Of a stretch of DNA of 64,000 nt, positions 49,356 through 57,780 are shown piece by piece. The stretch covers positions 16,538 to 80,537 of the forward strand of contig JADGCH010000006.1 of NCBI GenBank assembly GCA_015229115.1, written 5' to 3'. The position numbers and the translations under genes were made by a program. This DNA is from Magnetococcales bacterium (lineage in GTDB: Bacteria; Pseudomonadota; Magnetococcia; Magnetococcales; JADGCH01). Each line of letters begins with the position of its first letter. Position 1 is the stretch's first letter. The notes under the pieces are model-generated. The model saw nothing but the letters and a program-made list of their open reading frames with translations, made no database searches and had not been told where the DNA came from.

Positions 49356-51416
49356 ATGGAACCCCTGATTTCAGTCATCATTCCAGCCTACAACGCCAGC
49401 AAGACACTGTCGGCTGCCATTGAGTCGGTGTTGTGTCAGGATGTGCGTCCTATTGAGATCATTGTTGTCGATGATGCCTCAGTCGATCATACACTGGAAG
49501 TGGCACGCACTTGGATGGCGCAGCATGATTTTATCCAAGTCGTTCATCAGCTGGGTAACGGTGGCGCATCGCGGGCACGCAATCTGGGACTGGGAATTTC
49601 TTTAGCGCCCTATGTCTGCTTTCTTGATGCTGACGATGAGTATGCCCCGGGATTTCTCAGCGCCACCCTGCAAGTCTTACGCAACCAGCCCGATGTCGCT
49701 GCCGTCAGTACCGCTGTGGAGATCGTCAACCAAGGTTCATCAGCTGCCATGGACCTTCTGGCTGGACAGGCGGTGCAATCCTTTAATGACTTAAACAAAG
49801 CCGAGCTGACCAATCTTGACCCATCGGTGGCTCTAGCAAAAACCGTTGAGGGATCATTACCCTCTAACTTGCTGATTCGCAAGGAAGCCCTGTTGCTGAT
49901 AGGCGGCTTCGCCTCTACACCTTTTTTGCGTCGCTATGGTAGCGAAGATGTGCTCATGCGTCGCCTGTTACGTACCTATTTCAAGTGCGTCCATCTGCCA
50001 CAGCAGCTTTATCGCCATATTTTATATGGCGGCAGCAATCACCTGAATATCCTGGCCAAGACCCGACTCGACTGGGACCAGCAAACCGATGAATTTTATG
50101 GCAACCTGCTGCAGGAACATACCACCCTGCGTGATGCAACGGGTCGCCGCATGCAGCAGGTTCTGCGTCACAGCCAATTCATACCAGCTTTCATCGATTG
50201 GCATTTTACGCTAGCCATCCATGCCGTTGATTGGCAACAGCTGGATCAGCAGTTCCAGACTATTCCAGGAACTATAACAGCGCTTGAAGGCTATCTGCTC
50301 TACCATTGGGCCCAACAAGGGCCTGGGGATGGATCCGTCGTTGAACTGGGTACAGTGAACCGATCGCTCTGCTGGCTGGCATCGGGCACCAAGGCAGCTC
50401 AACGTGGCCAAGTCACCCATTGTGGTCCTTACGACCCAACACTGACCGAACTGCAGACCAACCTCCAGCAAATGGCGTTAGGACCTTGGGTGGAGATGCG
50501 GTTAGGTACCCTTGAGGAGATCAGTCGTCATTGGCCACGATCACAAGCCATTCGTCTGTTGTCGGTGGATGCTGGTCACTCCTACGAAGAGATGCGACTT
50601 GCTTTAACGGCTTGGTTCCCTCATGTTGAACCGGGTGGCATGATGGCCTTGCATGGAATCGGCGTTGCGTCGGGGTGTTCGCAATGCTACAATGAATTGC
50701 TGCAGTTTAACCCACAGCTTGAGGAAATAGCCTCCGTCAGCACCATCCGGTTGGTTCGTAAGCCATTCTGCGCTACTGCATTGTCGTTGCCACCATCGAC
50801 CGATGAAGTAAAGCAACAGTCCAGAACCTGGGTACTGCGCGGTCACTGGTACCGATCTAACGGCGATATGGATGCAGCGCTACAGTGTTACCAGCAATCG
50901 TTGGCGTGCAATCCGCTTGAATTTGAGTCGCTCATGCAATTGGGGAGCTACTGCTTTAGCCAACAACAGCTAGACCAAGCAGAATCCTACTACCGTCGGG
51001 CTGCTACCGCGGCGCCAACAGTTGGATCCCCCTACAATAACCTCGCCATGGTATTAAGCAAACAGGGGAGGCTTGCAGAGGCGATTGACTGCTACCAACA
51101 GGCCATTAAGCAGGAACCCCAACAGATCCTGTTCCATCTCAATCTGGCTGATAGCTACTATCGTCAGAATCGCTGTGATAGCGCAGAAAGCTGTTATCGT
51201 CACGCATTGGCCATGGATCCTAACTCGGTTAATGTGCTGAATCGTTTTGGTTTCTTCCTGGGGCAACAGCAGCGGCTCGACGAAGCCATAGAGTACTTCC
51301 AACGCGCCTTGACATTACAGCCCAATCATGGTGAAACCAAGCTGTATCTTGGTCTGTTACGTGACCAGCAACGCAAAAAAATGGATCGTTTAGCCCAAAT
51401 GATTGACAATAAATAG
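49356..51416 (+). CDS. GT2 + degenerate methyltransferase + TPR fusion (A', paralog of A)
   Basis: N-terminus close to A at DNA and protein level (LISVIIPAYNAS, FLDADDEY); TPRs. Confidence 0.85.
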   Translation: MEPLISVIIPAYNASKTLSAAIESVLCQDVRPIEIIVVDDASVDHTLEVARTWMAQHDFIQVVHQLGNGGASRARNLGLGISLAPYVCFLDADDEYAPGFLSATLQVLRNQPDVAAVSTAVEIVNQGSSAAMDLLAGQAVQSFNDLNKAELTNLDPSVALAKTVEGSLPSNLLIRKEALLLIGGFASTPFLRRYGSEDVLMRRLLRTYFKCVHLPQQLYRHILYGGSNHLNILAKTRLDWDQQTDEFYGNLLQEHTTLRDATGRRMQQVLRHSQFIPAFIDWHFTLAIHAVDWQQLDQQFQTIPGTITALEGYLLYHWAQQGPGDGSVVELGTVNRSLCWLASGTKAAQRGQVTHCGPYDPTLTELQTNLQQMALGPWVEMRLGTLEEISRHWPRSQAIRLLSVDAGHSYEEMRLALTAWFPHVEPGGMMALHGIGVASGCSQCYNELLQFNPQLEEIASVSTIRLVRKPFCATALSLPPSTDEVKQQSRTWVLRGHWYRSNGDMDAALQCYQQSLACNPLEFESLMQLGSYCFSQQQLDQAESYYRRAATAAPTVGSPYNNLAMVLSKQGRLAEAIDCYQQAIKQEPQQILFHLNLADSYYRQNRCDSAESCYRHALAMDPNSVNVLNRFGFFLGQQQRLDEAIEYFQRALTLQPNHGETKLYLGLLRDQQRKKMDRLAQMIDNK

Positions 51417-51418
51417 CC

Positions 51419-52393
51419 ATGTACACTGGGCATGAAACTTTTTATGGGCAGGAGTGCCGGGAAGCCGCCAAGCGGCTGTTCAAGCTGAACGTCAACCACG
51501 TCGAGCTAGAGCCTCATTCCTACTGCAATCGGCATTGCGGCTATTGCCCCAATCATGTTGGTGATCGACTGGGTCCTCTGGTTAGCATGGAAGAGAGTGT
51601 GTTCAGCCGGATTCTGGCTAATCTGGCTGAAATTACTTTCGATGGCAAGCTGGTCCTTTCACACTATTGTGAGCCTCTGGCAGACAAGGGCATCATCCAC
51701 CGTATCCGTCAGATACACGATCAGCTTCCCCACACAACGATCATCATTTACACCAACGGAGATTATCTGACAGCAGATTATCTGGAGGATCTAGCTCATG
51801 CTGGAGTCAGCTCTCTGATGGTGTCAGTGCATCCCGAACCCGATGAGCCCTACTCGGACACGGCTATTCTGACTGCCTTTTCCAAATTGTCTGTCAGAAT
51901 CAAACGTGCCGCAAAATTCACGGAGTTATCTCCCAACAAAAGCATGGCAGCGTCCATCGATCATCCCTATCTCGAAATCAAGGTATTTCAGGATGATTAC
52001 CAGAAGAATGGTAGTAATCGCGCCAACACGGCACAGGTCGAGTGGTCATCTGGCTTTGCTGGCAGAACTCATCCATGTCTGCAACCGTTTCTATATTTCG
52101 TCGTCGGTTATCACGGAGATGTGGTACCCTGTTGTCAAATTCGTGCTGACCTACCGGCCAATAGACCGTACGTTATAGGTAACATTAGAGATTATTCATC
52201 GATCTTCGAGCTCTATGCCAGCCATTCGGCCGCTGCTTGGCGTCGTGAACTGGCTTGCAGTGGAGCTAAACGGGAACCTTGTCACAGCTGTATTATGCTA
52301 TTTCCCTATTTTGGTCCCGAACATGCCCTGTCGTTACAACAGGCGTGGCAACAACATGCCCAAACCCCTCCTCCTGGGGGTGGGCCTCATTGA
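51419..52393 (+). CDS. Radical SAM protein with SPASM/twitch-like C-terminus
   Basis: CNRHCGYC (CxxxCxxC), YTNGD, PCLQPF...VVPCC...PCHSC. Confidence 0.85.
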   Translation: MYTGHETFYGQECREAAKRLFKLNVNHVELEPHSYCNRHCGYCPNHVGDRLGPLVSMEESVFSRILANLAEITFDGKLVLSHYCEPLADKGIIHRIRQIHDQLPHTTIIIYTNGDYLTADYLEDLAHAGVSSLMVSVHPEPDEPYSDTAILTAFSKLSVRIKRAAKFTELSPNKSMAASIDHPYLEIKVFQDDYQKNGSNRANTAQVEWSSGFAGRTHPCLQPFLYFVVGYHGDVVPCCQIRADLPANRPYVIGNIRDYSSIFELYASHSAAAWRRELACSGAKREPCHSCIMLFPYFGPEHALSLQQAWQQHAQTPPPGGGPH

Positions 52394-53568
52394 GATCAGT
52401 CGTTGTTATCATCGATGGCTGGACAGATGCTTATGATGACGATACAGCTGACCTTCGTCCAACCTGGTACCGCCTTGCTGCCGTCGGCACGACCGGGCTG
52501 GTGCAATGGTCATCGCAACTGGTCTGGTATCCGGAGGAAAGCTGTCACTGGCTGGAATTGTTCAGCCTCGACAAGGTCTTTACGGCTAATCATCAGGCAG
52601 ACCCACCTTTGGGCTGGTTACAGGCTCATGCTTTTGATAAGATAAGAAGTGAAGATGGTCGGACTTGGTGTCGATTGCATCTGACTCATTTGTATCAACA
52701 GCGTGATGAACTGCTCTTCATGTCTCCATGGCGTACAGGCCAAACGGCTGATGAGTGCCAGGAACTGGCTAAAGCACTGGCCAACGAGTGGCAACAGGAT
52801 GGCTGGGTGGTTGATGCGACCGTGGGGAACGGATTGCTATTATCGACTCAACAGGCGTTTCGGGCACGCACCGCTCCTCTGGAACGACTGGAACGGCAAT
52901 CGTTAGCTGACCACTTACCCTCCGGTCGCGACGGTGGATTGCTGCGTCGCTTGCTGGTCACTGGACAAATGGTGCTGAACCGTCACACTATCAACCGATA
53001 CAGGAGTGCGTCGGGGCGTATGCCGCTCAACACCCCGTGGTTATCGGGGGTGGGAGCTGTAACGAACCATCTGGCAGCACTGCCGTTGAACAACTCCGGC
53101 CGCTGCTGGACTACTGACCCTGTGGTGGCTGGCTTGGCGCGGTTAGCCGGTTACCGCCCGATACTATGGACAGCCGAAGAAGATGAGATGGCACACCATC
53201 TTGGCAGGATGATACAGGATGACCGGCACAGTCGTCTGGTGATCCATCTGACCACACCAGCCTTATTGGCACGCCATGGACTGCGGCAACAGTGGCGTGA
53301 ACGTGTGGCCTGGGTTGATCGTATGGTGTTACAACCTCTCACTGGATTACTTGATTCAGATCACGATCGACTGACTGTTTGCAGCGGTTATACCGCGGAT
53401 GAGCATGGACTCGGTCTGCCATCGGTGGCGGTACCCTACGTGTCGGCTACGTCACGACAGATGCAACGTCGATCCTTTTTCTGGCAACGAAACAAGCCGG
53501 GCCAAGGCAACGCTGTGAGTCCGGCATTACTGATGAGACCAGGCCCTTTTACATTGGGGGATGAATGA
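52390..53568 (+). CDS. Degenerate ApgM-like (RpfE-type) protein
   Basis: VVVIIDG start; HTINRYRSASGRMPLNTPWLSG aligns with [22 protein letters not shown] of the ApgM at 63118; overlaps recJ; TTG start inferred. Confidence 0.65.
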   Translation: MRSVVVIIDGWTDAYDDDTADLRPTWYRLAAVGTTGLVQWSSQLVWYPEESCHWLELFSLDKVFTANHQADPPLGWLQAHAFDKIRSEDGRTWCRLHLTHLYQQRDELLFMSPWRTGQTADECQELAKALANEWQQDGWVVDATVGNGLLLSTQQAFRARTAPLERLERQSLADHLPSGRDGGLLRRLLVTGQMVLNRHTINRYRSASGRMPLNTPWLSGVGAVTNHLAALPLNNSGRCWTTDPVVAGLARLAGYRPILWTAEEDEMAHHLGRMIQDDRHSRLVIHLTTPALLARHGLRQQWRERVAWVDRMVLQPLTGLLDSDHDRLTVCSGYTADEHGLGLPSVAVPYVSATSRQMQRRSFFWQRNKPGQGNAVSPALLMRPGPFTLGDE

Positions 53569-55349
53569 TCTGCCAGACCAAAAAATCGGTGACCGAACGG
53601 ATCTGGCAACCGCGTGTTACGGATCCAGCTTTGCGTCAATCCGAGCTAATCCAGCAGATGGGGCTGCATCCTGCTCTGGTCCCGGTTCTGGCTCACCGGC
53701 AGCTCGATTCAGCACAGGCTGTGCTGGACTTTCTGCAACCCAGATTAAGCCATTTGGACGATCCCAACATGCTGCTTGGTATGGACCGGGCCGTCGAGCG
53801 CGTTATCATCGCATTGGAACAGCGCCAGCCTATGGCCGTTTTTGGCGATTACGATGTTGATGGAGCTACTTCATCAGCACTGCTGGTGCGCTATTTTCGT
53901 GCTCTTGACGTTGATGTGCGCGTCTACATCCCAGACCGGCTGGTGGAGGGCTATGGTCCCAATGCGACAGCCATGAAACGGCTTGCCAGCGATGGGATTA
54001 AACTGGTCATTACGGTTGATTGTGGCATTGCCTCATTTGAGGCGCTGGACGTTGCTGCTGAAGCCGGTATGGATGTTATTGTCACCGATCATCATCAATT
54101 GCTGGACGGCTGTCTGCCGCGGGCCATAGCCGTTATTAACCCTAATCGTCCCGACGACCCTTTTCCGCACAAGGAATTGGCTGGGGTCGGCGTCGCCTTT
54201 TATCTGGCTATGGCTATCAACCGTGCCCTGAGACATCGAGGCTGGTTTGATGCCACCAACTTTCCGGAACCTGATCTGAAACAGCTGCTGGACCTAGTCG
54301 CTGTAGGCACTATCTCCGATGTTGCACGATTGACCGGAGTCAACCGTATTCTGGTGGCTTCTGGGTTGAATATGGCACGGCAATCGAAAAATATCGGGTT
54401 GCAGGCGTTGATGCAGATCGCCGGAATCAGCAACAGCGGACCCGACCTGCATCTGACCCCGACCCAAGTCGGCTTCCAACTTGGCCCCCGTATCAATGCT
54501 GGCGGCCGTCTCGGAGTTGGCTTGCTAGGATCGGAGTTGTTGTTTACCGAAGATGGTCAACGGGCTGAGGCCATTGCCCGTCAACTGGATCAGTCCAATC
54601 GTGACCGCCAGGAAATCGAAAAGAAGATCCTGCAGCAGGCACTGGACATGATTGAGACAGAACGCATGACTGAACAGTGGCTGGGGCTGGTGGTCGCCAG
54701 TGCTGAATGGCATCCAGGCGTCGTTGGTATTGTAGCTTCCCGACTGGTTGAACGTTTTCATCGTCCAGCCGTCGTGATTGCCCTTGATCTGGCCAGTGGT
54801 GAGGGCAAGGGGTCGGGACGTTCGGTTCCAGGCGTTAATCTACTGGCCGCTATTGAGGCCACCTCCGATCATCTGCTCCACTTCGGTGGTCATCGTGCTG
54901 CTGCTGGCCTGAGTCTGCGTTGCGACCAACTCAAGGCCTTCGCTGAACGGTTTGACCAAGCCATTCGTCAGCAGAACAGCGCAGACCTTTTTCGTCCAAC
55001 ACTGATCGTTGATGGCTTGTTACCCTTGGCCTATACCGACCACACGCTGGCAGCCCAGCTGCAACAACTGCAGCCATTTGGTCCTGGTAACCCTGAACCG
55101 GTATTCGTCATCGAGTCGGTGCAGGTCCATCACGTTCAAGTCATCAAAGGACGCCATATCCGCTGTCAGTTGATTGATCACAAAGGCTGCCGACTGGATG
55201 CCATTTCATTTTCTGCTGTTCCAGGTCCGGTAGGAGAAACGCTGCTGGCAAGAAATGTTACCCTTGATATTGCCGGTACGTTAGGGTTGAATCGCTACCG
55301 TCAACAGGATCGGTTGCAACTGACGATTCGGGATGTGCGCATGGCATGA
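53565..55349 (+). CDS. recJ: ssDNA-specific exonuclease RecJ
   Basis: GDYDVDG, EGYG, TVDCG, TDHH, GPRINAGGR, GSGRS, GGHRAAAG, PFGPGNPEP. Confidence 0.96.
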   Translation: MICQTKKSVTERIWQPRVTDPALRQSELIQQMGLHPALVPVLAHRQLDSAQAVLDFLQPRLSHLDDPNMLLGMDRAVERVIIALEQRQPMAVFGDYDVDGATSSALLVRYFRALDVDVRVYIPDRLVEGYGPNATAMKRLASDGIKLVITVDCGIASFEALDVAAEAGMDVIVTDHHQLLDGCLPRAIAVINPNRPDDPFPHKELAGVGVAFYLAMAINRALRHRGWFDATNFPEPDLKQLLDLVAVGTISDVARLTGVNRILVASGLNMARQSKNIGLQALMQIAGISNSGPDLHLTPTQVGFQLGPRINAGGRLGVGLLGSELLFTEDGQRAEAIARQLDQSNRDRQEIEKKILQQALDMIETERMTEQWLGLVVASAEWHPGVVGIVASRLVERFHRPAVVIALDLASGEGKGSGRSVPGVNLLAAIEATSDHLLHFGGHRAAAGLSLRCDQLKAFAERFDQAIRQQNSADLFRPTLIVDGLLPLAYTDHTLAAQLQQLQPFGPGNPEPVFVIESVQVHHVQVIKGRHIRCQLIDHKGCRLDAISFSAVPGPVGETLLARNVTLDIAGTLGLNRYRQQDRLQLTIRDVRMA

Positions 55350-56176
55350 ACCTTTATCGATTGACCACATCGTGGTGGGGATCCATGCTGGTCTTGCTGC
55401 TGGCCTGTTATGCCATAGCCTCTCTCTATCTGTTTTTGACACAGGAGCAGAAGGTGTTCCATCCCAGTTCCGTGTTGCAACAGACGCCCCAGCAATGGGG
55501 TCTCGAATTCGAATCCATTCTCTTGAGCAGTGACGGCGTACCCATTCACGGCTGGTGGATTGCCGGTGCATCGCATCGACCGGTTGTGCTGTTTTGTCAT
55601 GGCAACAGTGGCAACATGTCTGATCCAGCCGTTGCCGATCGCACCAAGCTGTTGCATGAACTAGGGCTGGGTGTTCTGCTATTTGATTATCGGGGTTACG
55701 GGACCAGCCAAGGAAGTCCTAGCGAAACGGGCAGCTACCGTGATGGTGAAGCGGCGCTGCACTTTCTCGTCCATGAGAAAAAGATTCCGGTGCAGAACAT
55801 CCTCGTCTATGGACATTCGCTCGGTGGTGGCATAGCCAGCTGGCTGGCAGTTCAACAACCTACGCGTGGGTTGATCCTTGAAGGCAGTTTTACCTCCATC
55901 GAAGACATGGCCGAAGAACGTTATCCTTATCTTCCCGTGCGCTGGCTGGCACGCATCCACTACAATAACCTGGAGCGCATGCCATGGTTGCGCGCCCCGC
56001 TTCTTCTGATCCACAGTCGCGAGGATGAGGTGGTCGCGTGGACACATGGACAGCGTCTGTTCGCAGCTGCCAGAGAACCTAAAACATGGCTGGAGATGCG
56101 TGGTAGCCATAATCATGGCTTGATTGATTCAGCCGTCGCTGTTAAACAGGCTATAGCATCCATGGCTGGTTTTTGA
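55346..56176 (+). CDS. Alpha/beta hydrolase with N-terminal TM
   Basis: HGNSGN, DYRGYG, GHSLGG nucleophile elbow, HSREDE, GSHN. Confidence 0.9.
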   Translation: MNLYRLTTSWWGSMLVLLLACYAIASLYLFLTQEQKVFHPSSVLQQTPQQWGLEFESILLSSDGVPIHGWWIAGASHRPVVLFCHGNSGNMSDPAVADRTKLLHELGLGVLLFDYRGYGTSQGSPSETGSYRDGEAALHFLVHEKKIPVQNILVYGHSLGGGIASWLAVQQPTRGLILEGSFTSIEDMAEERYPYLPVRWLARIHYNNLERMPWLRAPLLLIHSREDEVVAWTHGQRLFAAAREPKTWLEMRGSHNHGLIDSAVAVKQAIASMAGF

Positions 56177-56190
56177 GCGAGTGTGACCGT

Positions 56191-56928
56191 ATGGCTATCC
56201 AATCAATCGCAATCCTTGCTGCCCTACTTAAACGGGGAATGATCTTCATACGTCAACATCTGTCGGTACGACGTCCGAATCCACAGATTATGACCGATCC
56301 TATGGCGTTACAGATCGGTGATCACATCCATTTTGGTCAACTGTTACAGCCGCCCTTACAAAATGGCCATTTTCAGGTCGTAGCCATCGATACCGTCGTG
56401 CTGGATAATGTCCGCCAATCGGTCTTGATGCTCGTTGGAGAAGATGGATCCAGCTGCTATCTGACCATGAGTGACTCAGACCATGCCGAGACGATACTCT
56501 TGCGTATCGGTCGTCATGTGAGCGATAAAACCATTGGCCAGTTGTTTAATATCGATGAGCTGACGGCCCTGTTTGAAGAGGAACCCAACGAAACCACATC
56601 TCTGGCCCTGAAAAGACGGCGCGATTTACCCCTATTCTCAGGGTGGACGGCGTCCTCCTACTATCCAGCGCTTCATGCCATCAATGGCATCAGACACCGT
56701 GGCGATTTCCGCAACAGCGCGTTCATGCCTCTGCCGATTGAAGGAGAGGGTTTCGACTACTACCTGATGCTCAGCCAGAATCAGCGTCATGGCGTTGCCA
56801 TTGAGGTCAACGACGAAGGCCGGATCGCCTTGTCGCTGATGATTCAGCTAGCACCAGAGGCCATCGAACGCATCGAGCGGTTTTCCGCAACCAGGAAATC
56901 CCCCATACGATCGTTTGCCCCCTACTGA
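56191..56928 (+). CDS. Hypothetical protein
   Basis: Long ORF in operon orientation; no family confidently recognised. Confidence 0.6.
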   Translation: MAIQSIAILAALLKRGMIFIRQHLSVRRPNPQIMTDPMALQIGDHIHFGQLLQPPLQNGHFQVVAIDTVVLDNVRQSVLMLVGEDGSSCYLTMSDSDHAETILLRIGRHVSDKTIGQLFNIDELTALFEEEPNETTSLALKRRRDLPLFSGWTASSYYPALHAINGIRHRGDFRNSAFMPLPIEGEGFDYYLMLSQNQRHGVAIEVNDEGRIALSLMIQLAPEAIERIERFSATRKSPIRSFAPY

Positions 56929-57662
56929 TCATTTTGAGCCGTCAAGCGGAATTGCACCGGTATCTCGATCGTTTCTTCTGTGGGTTGACCGTTGCGTATA
57001 GCCGGTATAAAACGCCAATCGGCTACGGCATCCCGTGCCACGCGGTCCAGTAAGGCGTGGCCGGAGCTGTGTCGCAGTGTCACCACAACCGGCCTACCGT
57101 CTATACTGACGGTCACCGCAACCACTACCGTCCCCTCCATGCCCATACGTCGGGCCACGGCAGGATAGTCCGGCTTTGGGTTGAACTGGTAGGCAATAGG
57201 ACGGTCAGGTGTGGTTACTGATAACTCCACAGCTGCTGTTGTCGTAACGGCAGATCCATCAGCGATCTGATGAGACATCGCAACAGTTCTATCAGATCCA
57301 CCAGACACGATAACTTCATTTGCGTCAGTCGATTTCTGAGCAATGCTTTTGTGTTTGCGACTCATCGGTATGGCTACTGGCTTGACTCTGTCCGTCGGCA
57401 ATGCCGACGGCGGCTGGATTGCCTCCTCTCTGGGTAAGACAGGATCAGGTTGCTGAGGAGACAAAGGCAACTGTTGCTCCAACGGTGGTCGAGGAATAGC
57501 AGATACCAACCGAACCATAACAGGTTGAGACAACTGGCTATTCAGTGGATTGCCTAGTGGTGGGACGTACCATCTAACCAGCGAAACCACCAACACACCA
57601 TGCAGCAGCCCTGACATCAGCAACGACCCCAGCATACTGGATGGCCCATCCACCGATGACAC
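56922..57662 (-). CDS. tonB: Energy transducer TonB
   Basis: TM with SGLLH, Pro-rich linker, PDYPAVARRMGMEGTV, SSGHALLD, WRFIPA. Confidence 0.9.
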   Translation of the reverse strand: MSSVDGPSSMLGSLLMSGLLHGVLVVSLVRWYVPPLGNPLNSQLSQPVMVRLVSAIPRPPLEQQLPLSPQQPDPVLPREEAIQPPSALPTDRVKPVAIPMSRKHKSIAQKSTDANEVIVSGGSDRTVAMSHQIADGSAVTTTAAVELSVTTPDRPIAYQFNPKPDYPAVARRMGMEGTVVVAVTVSIDGRPVVVTLRHSSGHALLDRVARDAVADWRFIPAIRNGQPTEETIEIPVQFRLTAQNDQ

Positions 57663-57780
57663 GTTACGATCGCCCCCAACAGTGAAAATTCGCCGCCTCC
57701 CTGGTTCAAACGACCCGTCTAAGAACTGCCCGTCGCGACGATGTTAAACGATCTTTCCGGCTCGGCCAATGGCTCACGGC

